This document shows positions 9,449 through 20,129 of a DNA stretch of 64,000 bases, piece by piece; within the stretch, counting starts at the first letter, position 1, and every line of letters starts with the position of its first letter. The notes beneath the pieces are model-generated. The model had not been told where the DNA came from, made no database searches, and worked only from the letters and a program-made list of their open reading frames with translations. The translations under genes were made by a program, and so were the position numbers. The DNA is from a virus: IMG/VR virus record IMGVR_UViG_3300022602_000038, positions 1-64,000 of that record; one strand, 5' to 3'.

Positions 9449-9934
9449 ATGAGTCCCGAACTACAAGATAAACTTTACAGTAAATATCCAAAAATATTTG
9501 CTGATAAAGATAAAAGCATGCAAGAGAGTTGTATGTGTTGGGGCATCGAGACGCCTGATGATTGGTATGACATTATTGATACATTGTGTCACGCTTTAAC
9601 TTATACCTATACTACATATCTGGATATAGATAAAGAGGATGCAGAGCGCTTAGGTATAAAACCAGTTAGATATAGAGATGAAGATAGCTACATTTATAGC
9701 GTAGAGTGTCCGCAGGTAATAGCTGAACAAGTGAAAGAGAAGTACGGTACGTTACGCTTTTATTATCGTTTAGAGTATAATGCGGATACAAAATATTTGT
9801 TAGAAACTAAAAAATATCCGCATTTGATAAACTTAAATACGGCTTTTCATAATTATGTTGACGGAGTGATACATTACGCTGAAGTAGTAACAGAAAGAAA
9901 AAATGAACAAAAAACAGATAGTTATTACAACTGA
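9449..9934 (+). CDS. Conserved phage hypothetical protein
   Basis: L..KYPKIF, QVKEKYGTLRFY motif. Confidence 0.7.
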   Translation: MSPELQDKLYSKYPKIFADKDKSMQESCMCWGIETPDDWYDIIDTLCHALTYTYTTYLDIDKEDAERLGIKPVRYRDEDSYIYSVECPQVIAEQVKEKYGTLRFYYRLEYNADTKYLLETKKYPHLINLNTAFHNYVDGVIHYAEVVTERKNEQKTDSYYN

Positions 9935-10526
9935 AGAGTGGTTGAAGTTGCCTCGCTCTGAAAAGGTACCTTGTAAATGGTACTGGCCTACTGGCTGGTA
10001 TGAAGCACCTTTTGCTATGATGATGAACGACTGGGATAACTGGGAAAAGCATATTAAGAAAGAATATCCTGTTCAGTATTGGTTAAGAGAAAACTTTCAA
10101 TACACATTTAGACAATTATATCGTACTGTTAAAGGGTTAAAGCGTTACATTATTAACCCTCGCCGCAGAATGCGTAAAGCTGTATTCCCAGTACAGTATA
10201 TGGACCTGGTTGAACTTGTACCGCATTTTCACTTTCAAGCTATTATTGAGTTTGTAGAAGTAGAAAAGACATTTGAAGTAACAGACTGGTCTGAGGAAAG
10301 TATATCTGAAAAAGGAAAAAAACTTAAAGAGTTATACAACTATGTTAAGTACGAACGACCGTTTTTATTAGAAAAGCTTAGTATGGCTTATGAAAAGGTA
10401 GAAATAACTATTGAATATGATCCGAATCGTTATGATAGAGTAGATGTAATAAATAAAGAGATTAAGGATAGAGATACTGAACTATGTATATGGGTAATAC
10501 AAAATAGAGATATACTTTGGACATAA
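9903..10526 (+). CDS. Hypothetical protein
   Basis: 207 aa ORF with normal codon usage. Confidence 0.7.
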   Translation: MNKKQIVITTEEWLKLPRSEKVPCKWYWPTGWYEAPFAMMMNDWDNWEKHIKKEYPVQYWLRENFQYTFRQLYRTVKGLKRYIINPRRRMRKAVFPVQYMDLVELVPHFHFQAIIEFVEVEKTFEVTDWSEESISEKGKKLKELYNYVKYERPFLLEKLSMAYEKVEITIEYDPNRYDRVDVINKEIKDRDTELCIWVIQNRDILWT

Positions 10527-10565
10527 CTTACTTGAATTTTATTAAAAATATTACATAATAATAAT

Positions 10566-10694
10566 ATGCACTTACTTGGTATAGTTTTTATTGTAGTACT
10601 TGGATTACTAGCAATATTAGCTATTATATTCCTTACACTACTAGGTAATGATGCTATATTAAAAAAATTAAGAGACGAAGGGTTTTTTGATTAA
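10566..10694 (+). CDS. Small single-TM protein
   Basis: Not in track; MHLLGIVFIVVLGLLAILAIIFLTLLGNDAILKKLRDEGFFD after TTGAAT-N16-CATAAT. Confidence 0.65.
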   Translation: MHLLGIVFIVVLGLLAILAIIFLTLLGNDAILKKLRDEGFFD

Positions 10695-10706
10695 AATAAA
10701 TCCCAA

Positions 10707-11123
10707 ATGAAAAGCAAGAAAAAAAATAAGAATTTAACAAGTAATACTTCTACTGAAGATCTTAATACAGCTGTAATCATGTATGTTAAAGATATAGTTG
10801 ATTGTATAAAAGAACATGATTATACCTTAGACATTGATATAGATACTGTTGAAATGGCTAATGTAAAAGAAACTGAAATAGCAAATGGAGCTGTTATTAC
10901 TACTCAATTAGGGGCAGTAGCAGTGATGCCTGATTTTGTTAAACGAAACGCAAAAGCCTGTATAGTTAAATTAGGAGAAATAAGTCGTTTATATAAAGAA
11001 GGTTTTGATGAAGAGTTTATAGACACTAAAGGACAGATATATGGTAGCCTTATGTCTTTTAATGAAAAGAATGTAAAAGCGCTTGGTTATTATCTAACTC
11101 ATAAAATAGATTTCAATGAGTAA
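10707..11123 (+). CDS. Hypothetical protein
   Basis: 138 aa ORF. Confidence 0.65.
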   Translation: MKSKKKNKNLTSNTSTEDLNTAVIMYVKDIVDCIKEHDYTLDIDIDTVEMANVKETEIANGAVITTQLGAVAVMPDFVKRNAKACIVKLGEISRLYKEGFDEEFIDTKGQIYGSLMSFNEKNVKALGYYLTHKIDFNE

Positions 11124-11628
11124 TAGAAGGACAACAAAACATTGGACTGCTACTTGTGCAGAATCGTACCCTGAAGAAGGGCCAGATGCACGCAAAGCTG
11201 AGCTTGCTGTATTAGATTACATTATCAAAAATAAAAGACTAGACGAACAAGTTAAAGACTTTGAAGCTGATAGAGATTATCAAATAAAAGGTTATGATTT
11301 ACAATATAAACATCATGTTATTGATGTAAAGAACAATCTTAAGAACGGTTTCTTTGCAGTAGAAGTGTTCAAATACAGTGAAGAACAAGACGAGTATTAT
11401 AACGGGTGGATAAGAGATCCTAATAAAGAAACTACTCTATACTGGCATTATGGTTTAAGTACTGGCAAAATGGCATTATACAATAGAAATAAAATGGTAG
11501 AGTATCTTAAAAGTCAAAATAAATATAAATGGGAAGACAGAAACAACTTAAAAGAATCTACAGACGGAGATTTATTAGCTTGGTTTTCTTTATCTTATTT
11601 ACCTAACTTTATTAAAACAACTTTATAA
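11116..11628 (+). CDS. Putative PD-(D/E)xK-fold nuclease-like protein
   Basis: E...DYQIKGYDL......IDVK motif. Confidence 0.5.
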   Translation: MSNRRTTKHWTATCAESYPEEGPDARKAELAVLDYIIKNKRLDEQVKDFEADRDYQIKGYDLQYKHHVIDVKNNLKNGFFAVEVFKYSEEQDEYYNGWIRDPNKETTLYWHYGLSTGKMALYNRNKMVEYLKSQNKYKWEDRNNLKESTDGDLLAWFSLSYLPNFIKTTL

Positions 11629-12404
11629 TGAGTACAGTAACAGTTAATTACGCTTTTGATCCTATATCTAACCCAGAATCAAGTACACTTCGTAAGGAAG
11701 TGTATGATATTGCTTTTTTGGAGCCTGTTAGTGCATATAAATACATACAAGAGAGGAGAGATGATATAGAATATATATTCTGCCCCGCTTTTGCAGATTA
11801 CTGTAAAAATGCTTATTTTATATTAGCTCCTTACAACATAAAAGTTGTACCTATTGTTGAAACTGGTCAAGTAGCTCTAGAAGGATTACTAGCAAAAAAT
11901 GCAAAGTTAATTAATTCTTTACTTTATAATAGAACAAAACCTAATGATTCTAATCCTTTCCTTGTTACATTAAATTCCCCGAGAATTGTATTTTGGGCAA
12001 ATGAGTCTGTATATGCAGAATCTATACCTGTATTTTTAGACTCCTCTCCTCATATAGCAAATACTAACCACATACCTGGCACTTTTGATATAGGCAAATG
12101 GGTACGCCCTGTAGATTTTTCTTTTGAAATAGTAGATCCTAGTAAACCTATAGTTATTAATAGAGGGGATCCTTTATTTTGTATAAGATTTAGAACTAAG
12201 GATAATTCTAAAGTAATCTTAAAAAGACAAAGATATGATGAACCTTTGTGTAACGCAATAAGCAATTGTGTTAATGTAAAAAAAATGTTACACAACAAAC
12301 CATTGTCTTTTTTATATGACTTAGCTGCACCATATTTTAAAATGACTAAATTCGGGGTAAAAGAAAAGAAGTGTCCTTTTAAGTGGCTACATAAAGATAA
12401 GTAA
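11628..12404 (+). CDS. Hypothetical protein of a family often beside phage oxygenases
   Basis: CPAF...PGTFDIGKWVRP...I.RGDPLF. Confidence 0.6.
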   Translation: MSTVTVNYAFDPISNPESSTLRKEVYDIAFLEPVSAYKYIQERRDDIEYIFCPAFADYCKNAYFILAPYNIKVVPIVETGQVALEGLLAKNAKLINSLLYNRTKPNDSNPFLVTLNSPRIVFWANESVYAESIPVFLDSSPHIANTNHIPGTFDIGKWVRPVDFSFEIVDPSKPIVINRGDPLFCIRFRTKDNSKVILKRQRYDEPLCNAISNCVNVKKMLHNKPLSFLYDLAAPYFKMTKFGVKEKKCPFKWLHKDK

Positions 12405-12409
12405 AGTAA

Positions 12410-12763
12410 ATGTCCAATGTATTAGATTATGTAAAAACTCTTCGTAAAGCAGGAGAAAAAGTCACTAATACTAATCCTAATAGTGATACTAGCTTACTTA
12501 AATTAGAGCTAATAGAGTATTATAAAAATAATATAACTAAAGCACAAGAGTTAGTCAAAAGCATAGAAGAAAACAATACACCTATGCAATCTACTAATCA
12601 TTCTCTTCATTATAATGCTGCAGTTATAGCTATACGAGGATATTCTGTACCTACTTTAACTAAACATTCAAATACACCAGTTATTGTTGATACTCAAACA
12701 GAATTGGAAAAACTAAAAAGCCAAGGGTGGGTACCATTAATATCTACAAATACCAGTAAATAA
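12410..12763 (+). CDS. Hypothetical protein
   Basis: 117 aa ORF. Confidence 0.6.
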   Translation: MSNVLDYVKTLRKAGEKVTNTNPNSDTSLLKLELIEYYKNNITKAQELVKSIEENNTPMQSTNHSLHYNAAVIAIRGYSVPTLTKHSNTPVIVDTQTELEKLKSQGWVPLISTNTSK

Positions 12764-12767
12764 TAAT

Positions 12768-13286
12768 ATGGATTCATTTTACTCTCCCTATATTAATAAT
12801 AATACTTCTGGTCAAAGTAATAATGCATTTTTAGTACAAGATTCTTTATCTGCTTGCCTGCCAACTATATATATGCCAGTAAGTAGTATTAAAGTAGTAT
12901 ATGAATACAGTCAATGGGCGGGGTTAAGTGGTATTAACTTTTCCAAAGAAGACACAGTTGCATTACAAGGTTATATTAACGATATTAATAACAACACGTT
13001 TGATTGGTCATCAAATATAATTTATGTAAGTTTTAAATCCGATACAAATATGTATTGGGTGCGTTATAATTACGTTCAGTTTTATGCTGCAGTAAGTGCG
13101 GGACTTTCAGCTGTACCTGTAATAGTAGTTAATTCAATATATGACGATATTTATAATAGAGTTTTAGAGCCAGGAGCTGCCGAAACAATAACTTTATTTA
13201 ACAAAAATACTGCCTCCAATAATTTTAATATACAACATATTATACCCCCACCTTCTAATTCAACGAGAAGATACGTTAGTAATTAA
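12768..13286 (+). CDS. Hypothetical protein
   Basis: 172 aa ORF after TAAATA. Confidence 0.6.
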   Translation: MDSFYSPYINNNTSGQSNNAFLVQDSLSACLPTIYMPVSSIKVVYEYSQWAGLSGINFSKEDTVALQGYINDINNNTFDWSSNIIYVSFKSDTNMYWVRYNYVQFYAAVSAGLSAVPVIVVNSIYDDIYNRVLEPGAAETITLFNKNTASNNFNIQHIIPPPSNSTRRYVSN

Positions 13287-13335
13287 TGTTTACTACTAAT
13301 TGATATATTAAAGGGTAAAGTAAGTAGTACTTATA

Positions 13336-14805
13336 ATGAGTACTGATAACAGGAAAAAAATAGTTATTGTTGGTGGTGGAACTGCAGGTTATATTGCAGC
13401 TCTTGTTTTAAAGGTTAGATTTCCTGGTATTAATATTACTATAATTAAATCGGAGCAAATCGGTATAGTTGGAGTCGGGGAAGGTAGTACTGAGCATTGG
13501 AATGAATTTATGAAATTTATCAATGTAAGTAATATTGATATAATTAAACACTGTAATGCTACATATAAGGGCGGTATAATGTATAAAAATTGGACCGATA
13601 AGGATTATTTGCATTCAGTGCAAGAGCCTTATGCAGGTGTGTTAGACGGGTATTCGTGTTATTATTCTAAGTTAATATGTGACGAGGCCGACTCTATAGA
13701 ATTTTCTAAAAAATCTTGGTGGAGCAATCGCCATGATATTTCATGTCTAGAGCAACTAAACAAGCCAATAGCGTATCAGTACCATTTTGATACATACAAG
13801 CTTAATAATTTTTTAAATGAAATAGCAATAAAAAAAGACATAGAAATTATTGAAGATGAAATAAAAGATGTAATTTTAAATGAAAACGGAGAAATTAAAA
13901 AATTAATAGGTAATAAAAAAGAATATGTATATAACTTTTATGTTGACTGTACAGGCTTTAAGAGACTTCTTATAACTAAACTTGGTGCAAAATGGCGGAG
14001 CTTTAGTAAACATTTAAAAATGAAAGCTGCTATTACTTTCAATACTGAAAAGGATGAAAACTATAACTTGTGGACAGCAACAACGGCATTAGACTATGGA
14101 TGGATGTTTACTATACCCACTCAAGAGAAAAACGGTAACGGTTACGTATTTGATAAAGATTACATAAGTGCAGATGATGCAAAATTAGAAGTTGAAAAAT
14201 TACTAGGTAAAGAAATAAAAATCAATAAATCATTTACTTTTGATCCTGGCATGTTAGATAGGGTTTGGATAAAAAATTGCGTCGCAATTGGTCTAAGTTC
14301 TAGTTTTATTGAACCATTAGAAGCAACCAGTATAGGTACAAGTATACAACAATCATTTCTGTTAATGCACAGGTTAATTAACTATCAGCAAAATGTAATT
14401 GATTCTTATAATAATTCAGTTACATCTATAGTTGAACAAATCCAAGAGTATGTTGCATTACATTATGTAACTAAAAAAAATAATAGTATCTTTTGGAAAG
14501 ATATGCAAAATATAGAGTTACCAAACGGATTAAATGATAAATTAAAGTACTGGCAACATAAATTACCGATTAGAGAGGATTTTTCCAACGGATCCACTCT
14601 TAGAATGTTTAATGTTGCAAATTATATACTTGTTTTGCAAGGATTGGGATTATTTAATAAAGAGAGTATTATTAAAGAATACTATTCTTTACCTTTAAAA
14701 ACTAAAGAAAAAGTAGCTAAAGATTTAAATCTACTTAAAACAATTGAACAGAATTTAAATACAATTACTCATAAACAATTAATAGAAACAATTAAAAACA
14801 GCTAA
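13336..14805 (+). CDS. Flavin-dependent tryptophan halogenase-like protein (PrnA family)
   Basis: IVGGGTAG, VGVGEGS, ATYKGGI, YHFD, VDCTGF, GWMFTIP, FIEPLEATSI. Confidence 0.88.
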   Translation: MSTDNRKKIVIVGGGTAGYIAALVLKVRFPGINITIIKSEQIGIVGVGEGSTEHWNEFMKFINVSNIDIIKHCNATYKGGIMYKNWTDKDYLHSVQEPYAGVLDGYSCYYSKLICDEADSIEFSKKSWWSNRHDISCLEQLNKPIAYQYHFDTYKLNNFLNEIAIKKDIEIIEDEIKDVILNENGEIKKLIGNKKEYVYNFYVDCTGFKRLLITKLGAKWRSFSKHLKMKAAITFNTEKDENYNLWTATTALDYGWMFTIPTQEKNGNGYVFDKDYISADDAKLEVEKLLGKEIKINKSFTFDPGMLDRVWIKNCVAIGLSSSFIEPLEATSIGTSIQQSFLLMHRLINYQQNVIDSYNNSVTSIVEQIQEYVALHYVTKKNNSIFWKDMQNIELPNGLNDKLKYWQHKLPIREDFSNGSTLRMFNVANYILVLQGLGLFNKESIIKEYYSLPLKTKEKVAKDLNLLKTIEQNLNTITHKQLIETIKNS

Positions 14806-14821
14806 ATAAATAATATCAATT

Positions 14822-15028
14822 ATGAACTTAGTTGCAAAATCTCCAAGTAGAAAAGAAACAATCAGCTGGGCAGATGCTTCTATCTCACAAAGATATTTAA
14901 CTGAGGCGCCAGCATTAAACGACTTAGTTGGTACCCCAACTGCTTTAGCAGCCGCATGGCAAGAAGTGCTTAATAAGGATGGTGGTACTTACTGCACTAA
15001 CGATTGGGTAGTTGTAGTAGAAAGCTAA
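14822..15028 (+). CDS. Hypothetical protein
   Basis: 68 aa ORF after TAAATA. Confidence 0.6.
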   Translation: MNLVAKSPSRKETISWADASISQRYLTEAPALNDLVGTPTALAAAWQEVLNKDGGTYCTNDWVVVVES

Positions 15029-15071
15029 AGAAATAGCTTGACTAAAGTTAAAGTGCCTTTATATATAATAT

Positions 15072-15659
15072 ATGTGGTACTTAAATACAGAAGAAAACTA
15101 TCAAGAAGCATGGTGGCAGGTGTTTAATGTAAATGAATGTAAAGAAATTATAAAACTCGGTACCAAAATAGGTTTACAACCGGCTAAAGTTGAAGTTATT
15201 AAGTCTGTACCTAGTAAAGTTGATGAGAATATAAGGAACAGTCTTATTACTTGGCTTAAACCTAACGAATTACCAGAGTATAAATGGATTTTTGAAAAAT
15301 GTGGGGAAGCTGTTGAAAAAGCAAACAAAACAGTTTTTCAATATGATCTAGATTATATAGAATTATTTCAATTCACTACATATACACCAGAGCATCCATA
15401 TTATGGTAAACATATTGATGTTATGCAAAAAACTAGAAGTAAGCCAAGAAAATTAAGCTTTACAATACAGTTATCAGATACTAATGACTATACTGGTGGA
15501 GACTTATTAGTTTACAGTCAAGCCAATCCTAAACCTTCTAATAGAACACAAGGTGTAATGAACTTGTTCCCTTCTCATGCATTACATGAAGTAACGCCTG
15601 TTACTTCTGGTACTCGTTATTCGTTAGTTGGTTGGGTTTGTGGACCTAAACTTAAGTAA
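15072..15659 (+). CDS. PKHD-type 2OG-Fe(II) oxygenase
   Basis: HID....RKLSFTIQLS...YTGGDL...FPS..LHEVTPVTSGTRYSLVGW. Confidence 0.9.
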   Translation: MWYLNTEENYQEAWWQVFNVNECKEIIKLGTKIGLQPAKVEVIKSVPSKVDENIRNSLITWLKPNELPEYKWIFEKCGEAVEKANKTVFQYDLDYIELFQFTTYTPEHPYYGKHIDVMQKTRSKPRKLSFTIQLSDTNDYTGGDLLVYSQANPKPSNRTQGVMNLFPSHALHEVTPVTSGTRYSLVGWVCGPKLK

Positions 15660-15702
15660 AATAGTAGTTGCCTTTAACTCTAAAAGTTAACATTATTACT
15701 GT

Positions 15703-15894
15703 ATGAAATCCATTAATCATACACCTGAATTAGTTTATCAACTTAACCGTTTAAGTAATATTGCTAAAGAAGTTGCTTATGCTAAGGATGAAACCGAAGC
15801 AGAGTATCTTACAATAAACTATCTACGTCCGTTACTTGTTGAGACTGAAGCTTTTTTAAATAATATTAAGAGCTCTAGAAACTTCCAGCTATAA
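15703..15894 (+). CDS. Hypothetical protein
   Basis: 63 aa ORF after TTGCCT...CATTAT promoter. Confidence 0.6.
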   Translation: MKSINHTPELVYQLNRLSNIAKEVAYAKDETEAEYLTINYLRPLLVETEAFLNNIKSSRNFQL

Positions 15895-15943
15895 AATTAT
15901 AGCTGGATTTAACTTTATAACTACTTTATTTACATCTATTTGT

Positions 15944-15951
15944 TATAAATA
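15944..15951 (+). promoter_or_regulatory. T4-type late promoter TATAAATA
   Basis: Exact consensus 8 nt before ATG 15960. Confidence 0.7.
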
Positions 15952-15959
15952 TATAACAC

Positions 15960-17807
15960 ATGGACATTAAAGCGTTACAAGGTATTTACACAAGCATGTT
16001 TACAGTTGAACGTGCTGCACCTAATGTAGTGCCTTTATATCTTACTGAAGCTTCCCCAGCTGCTCCTATTGCTTCTACATACATTTACACTGATAAACAA
16101 GTAGAAGAAATGATTAACAGTGTAAAGAGCGGTAAAGTAACAGTTTTAGATTTAGCTAAAAAAGTATCAAAAGATTGTGAAGATAACGACGCTTTAAAAA
16201 TAATACAGGGTATGTTTAACATTATACCCGTACAACCTGAATTAGTTAATTTTATTAATGATAAAATTGGAATTGATGTTGAAGCAAGTGTTATTGGTGG
16301 TAAGCACAGATTATTAGCTGTAGCACCTGAACTTGCTAGGTTGTTAAACAGATTGACTGTTAAGATAGTAAGCTTTCTTGATCCTGATGTAAAGACAATG
16401 GCTGTAGATGATTACGGTAACATTTATATCAGTCCAATATTCTCTCTTGATTTAACTGAAGAGGAATTTTATGGAGTGTTTGCTCACGAAGCGTTTCATA
16501 TAATTAATAAAACGTTTTTAAGAAAAGAATGGAGAGATCATACTCTATGGAACCTTGCTACTGATGCTGTAATGAATTGGTATTTGGCAGCAGATGGGTT
16601 TAAGTTACCTAAAGGTGGTATTATTCCTAATGTAGCCACAGGCGAATATACTTTCCCGTCTCCTATTAATGAAAAAATTAAAGTGTTAGATAGTAAAAAA
16701 GATATATTAAGTTGTGAAGATGTGTATGAACAGTTAGAAAAAATGAAAGAAAAAATAGGTGGTAACCCCCCCCCAGGTGGTGATGGCCCTCCAGGTGGTG
16801 ATGGTCCTCCAGGTGGTGACGGCCCCACTGTTCCAGGTAAAGGTGACGGCAAGCCAGGTAAAGGTGACGGTAAGGGTAATGGCGGTGAAGGCAATATTGA
16901 AGTTCATCCAGACGGTAAAGTTACTGTTGATGGTAAACCTGTTAAAGGTAAATTAACACCTGAAATAATTGATAAAATACTTGAGCAACTGGACAATAAA
17001 ACAGATAAACACTTAACCAAGGAACAAGCTAAGAGAGTTAATAAGGATGTAATAGAAGAATTTGACCCTGAGGAACAAAAAAGAAGAGAAAAAGAGATCG
17101 AAAATGATCTTAAACAAGGCGATATTGAAACTAGAGCATCCCGTACCTTTGGTAAAAGTGGCGGTAAAGTATTAGCTACAAGAAAAATGATCCAAAGAGC
17201 TATACCGCCTGATCCAATTAACTGGAGAGCTCTTATTAAAAGCTATTTGCAACAAGCAAACAGTAAATCATATACATGGGCTAAGCCTTCCCGTCGTGGC
17301 ATGGCAGCTGGTGTACCGTTGCCAGGTCGTGGAGCAACTGCACCTAACAAATTAGACGCAGTATTTGCAATAGACACTTCTGGTTCAATTGGTTCTGATC
17401 AACTTTCAGTATTTGTTCATTATGTTGAAAAAATTGCTAAACAAGCAGAACACTTAAATGTCTATGTTATATTGTGGCATCATAATGCTTATTATTGTAG
17501 TGCACCTCTTGCAACTAAAGGCACTCTTCATACCTTACTACAAAAAATAACAAAAAAAACACAACCAGGTGGTAATGATATAGGGGATATTAATAATTTA
17601 ATTATAGCAAAAAATATTAAACCAACTGTATGTATATATGTTACTGACGGACAAGAAGGAGAGGATACAGCAATAAAGTTAAGGCTTGCAAAATATAAGA
17701 AACTCTTCATTATAGTGAATAAATTCTTAGATTCAAATATGATAGAATACATTGAAAGAGTTCTTGGTTCACATGGAAGAGCTGTTTTTACACCTAAATT
17801 AGACTAA
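15960..17807 (+). CDS. Metallopeptidase-like (HExxH) plus VWA domain protein (DUF2201-like)
   Basis: TMAVD, AHEAFH, WNLATD..MN; PPGGDG linker; AIDTSGS MIDAS, GG, VTDG. Confidence 0.85.
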   Translation: MDIKALQGIYTSMFTVERAAPNVVPLYLTEASPAAPIASTYIYTDKQVEEMINSVKSGKVTVLDLAKKVSKDCEDNDALKIIQGMFNIIPVQPELVNFINDKIGIDVEASVIGGKHRLLAVAPELARLLNRLTVKIVSFLDPDVKTMAVDDYGNIYISPIFSLDLTEEEFYGVFAHEAFHIINKTFLRKEWRDHTLWNLATDAVMNWYLAADGFKLPKGGIIPNVATGEYTFPSPINEKIKVLDSKKDILSCEDVYEQLEKMKEKIGGNPPPGGDGPPGGDGPPGGDGPTVPGKGDGKPGKGDGKGNGGEGNIEVHPDGKVTVDGKPVKGKLTPEIIDKILEQLDNKTDKHLTKEQAKRVNKDVIEEFDPEEQKRREKEIENDLKQGDIETRASRTFGKSGGKVLATRKMIQRAIPPDPINWRALIKSYLQQANSKSYTWAKPSRRGMAAGVPLPGRGATAPNKLDAVFAIDTSGSIGSDQLSVFVHYVEKIAKQAEHLNVYVILWHHNAYYCSAPLATKGTLHTLLQKITKKTQPGGNDIGDINNLIIAKNIKPTVCIYVTDGQEGEDTAIKLRLAKYKKLFIIVNKFLDSNMIEYIERVLGSHGRAVFTPKLD

Positions 17808-17822
17808 ATATTGTATAATTAA

Positions 17823-19310
17823 ATGAGTACTAGTAAAATCGATACCACTTCAGGCTCTCAAATGCCTGACATTTATAAGCGTTTCGGTGGTTCTGCATCA
17901 AAAGCAGAGCCTTTGTCCCGTGCTGCTAACGATGTTAATTTACCAGTATGGTCAATGAAGAACATAATGTACCTATTAAACGGTGCATACAATGATAAAT
18001 CTCGTTCCTTTTTAGTACTCGGTGCAGCTGGTATCGGTAAGAGCGCTGTAATGAAACAATTTGCACAAACTGCTGCTAAAAAAGAAGGTAGAGTATATGT
18101 TAAATTTAACAACTTAGCCGGTTTACAGCGATCTGAAGCTATAAAAGACCCTAGTCAGTATTATGTATTTTTAGACTTACGTGCTGGTGAACTTAACCCA
18201 GAACAAGTACAAGGTATACCAGATGTAGATTACGGTAAACAACATGGTTATTTAAGGTTTTTACCGCCTGATTGGGTTAAGCTTGTATCTAATCCAAAAT
18301 TCAGCGGTATGTTATTTTTAGATGAACTTAATAGAAGTGATAAGAATATTCTTAATTCATTATTACAATTAAGTTTGGATAGAGAAATTAGTGGTCACAC
18401 ACTAAGCAAAAACGCTATGGTGTGTGCAGCAGCTAATTGGGGTGCAGAGTTTGAAGGCAACGTACAAGAGCTTGATACAGCACATATGCGTCGTTTTAAA
18501 GCAGGTGTATTAGTATTAAAACCTGAGGAATGGGCAGAATATGCTATGGAAATAGGCATTAGCAAATATATAATTGATTTTGCTATGTCTAACCCAAGCG
18601 ATAATATGTTTGGTAAGGGTAAACAAATAAATAAAGATATACCTATTAATCCTGCTTCGTTGGAGTTTGCTAGTAATTCTTTAAAAGAAGTTGAACGTCA
18701 ATATCACGATCATTGGACATCTAACACTCCTTTACCAGCAGGAGCAACAGGGGACATTTATCAAGATTTATCTGTAGCTTTAAGTGGGGACTTAGGTGAA
18801 GAGTGGGTTAATAAGTTTGTAGAGTGGTTAAGAATAGTGCATAAGTTTAACTGGAATGATATTGTTGGTAAAGCTAAAGAGGGCGCATTTAAAACCAAAT
18901 CAAAAGAGTTTGGAGCTTCTGAAAAGTTTGCTCTTACATCTTATATAACTGATCAAACCTATTCACGTTGGCTTCAAGCGCGGGAAAGTAAAAACCCAGC
19001 TGAAAAGCAAAAAGCCATAGACATGCTAAACATACAATTAGCTACAATACTTACAGGTGTAGATAAAGAACAGGCTTCTATGATTGCTAAAGTTATAAAG
19101 CATCAAATGTTAAAAGATACACCTAAAGAAATGAATGAGTTAGATGCAAATTTACTAGCAGCAGAACGTTGGACTGAATTTATTGTACCTATATTAAAAT
19201 CAGTTAAAGAAGAATACCCTAATGACTTTCAAGCGTTTCAAAAAGTATTTGCATCAATGAAATCAGCTAATGCAAATGCATTAGGAAGAGAAAAAGAAGA
19301 TAAAAATTAA
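17823..19310 (+). CDS. MoxR-like AAA+ ATPase
   Basis: Walker A GAAGIGKS, Walker B LFLDELNR, AAAN, RRF; adjacent to VWA gene. Confidence 0.85.
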   Translation: MSTSKIDTTSGSQMPDIYKRFGGSASKAEPLSRAANDVNLPVWSMKNIMYLLNGAYNDKSRSFLVLGAAGIGKSAVMKQFAQTAAKKEGRVYVKFNNLAGLQRSEAIKDPSQYYVFLDLRAGELNPEQVQGIPDVDYGKQHGYLRFLPPDWVKLVSNPKFSGMLFLDELNRSDKNILNSLLQLSLDREISGHTLSKNAMVCAAANWGAEFEGNVQELDTAHMRRFKAGVLVLKPEEWAEYAMEIGISKYIIDFAMSNPSDNMFGKGKQINKDIPINPASLEFASNSLKEVERQYHDHWTSNTPLPAGATGDIYQDLSVALSGDLGEEWVNKFVEWLRIVHKFNWNDIVGKAKEGAFKTKSKEFGASEKFALTSYITDQTYSRWLQARESKNPAEKQKAIDMLNIQLATILTGVDKEQASMIAKVIKHQMLKDTPKEMNELDANLLAAERWTEFIVPILKSVKEEYPNDFQAFQKVFASMKSANANALGREKEDKN

Positions 19311-19317
19311 ATATAAT

Positions 19318-19755
19318 ATGAAAAAACCTACTCCTAAAAAAATTTACGAAGACATTATATTGGGTGGTAAGACTCCAGAACCTGAGCATTTAAAACTGCT
19401 TAAAGGTACACGTTGGGAGCACAAGCTTAACGGAACTACTCCAGAAAAAGCTGATATATATCGTAGCTTTAAAGCACATTTTGAATCAGAAACTCCTTCA
19501 ATTAGTTTTCAAGACCGTTCAGAACTAGCTGATTCAATTGTAGACAAAGTAGAAGATAAGTTTGGTTTACATTTTAGTGATTTAAAAGCTAATCCTGTTA
19601 ATCATAATAAGTTCGATGAAATTAAAAGCTTTGTTGAAAATCACGTAAAACATAGTAAAGCAGCTGATAGCGATAAGCACTCTATTTTGAAGGCAGTTAA
19701 TAAAGCAGACGATATTTACGAGTTAATGATCAAGCTTAATTCTTTAACTTCATAA
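19318..19755 (+). CDS. Hypothetical protein
   Basis: 145 aa ORF after TAAATA. Confidence 0.65.
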   Translation: MKKPTPKKIYEDIILGGKTPEPEHLKLLKGTRWEHKLNGTTPEKADIYRSFKAHFESETPSISFQDRSELADSIVDKVEDKFGLHFSDLKANPVNHNKFDEIKSFVENHVKHSKAADSDKHSILKAVNKADDIYELMIKLNSLTS

Positions 19756-19789
19756 GTTGATTTATTAAGATTATATATTAATATAAGGT

Positions 19790-20101
19790 GTGTTAATAGG
19801 TCAAGATAAATACGTCAAATTTAATATTGAAAATAAAAAGCGTGAAAAGCTTTTTGATCAAATGATCCCGTATCAAGTGTTTGCTTTGTTGCCAATAAAA
19901 CTTGAGAACGAACAATGGGCATGGTTACAAAATGTGTGGAGATTTACACATTTTAAATCTGCTGTTGACAAGGATGTTACATATGTGTATACCTTAACTG
20001 AAAAAGCAGCATGGGATTTAACAAGAAATTATCACCCTATAAACACTAGTAGTCAGTATGATGACACTATTGCACAAGCTGCACGTAAACGTTTAAGATA
20101 A
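19790..20101 (+). CDS. Hypothetical protein
   Basis: 103 aa ORF after TTGATT promoter. Confidence 0.6.
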   Translation: MLIGQDKYVKFNIENKKREKLFDQMIPYQVFALLPIKLENEQWAWLQNVWRFTHFKSAVDKDVTYVYTLTEKAAWDLTRNYHPINTSSQYDDTIAQAARKRLR

Positions 20102-20129
20102 CCATACAATAAAAGTAAGTATATATAGA

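Noticed and set aside
16760-16890. PPGGDG/GKGDG repeats as a separate element
   Set aside because: Ordinary low-complexity linker between peptidase and VWA domains
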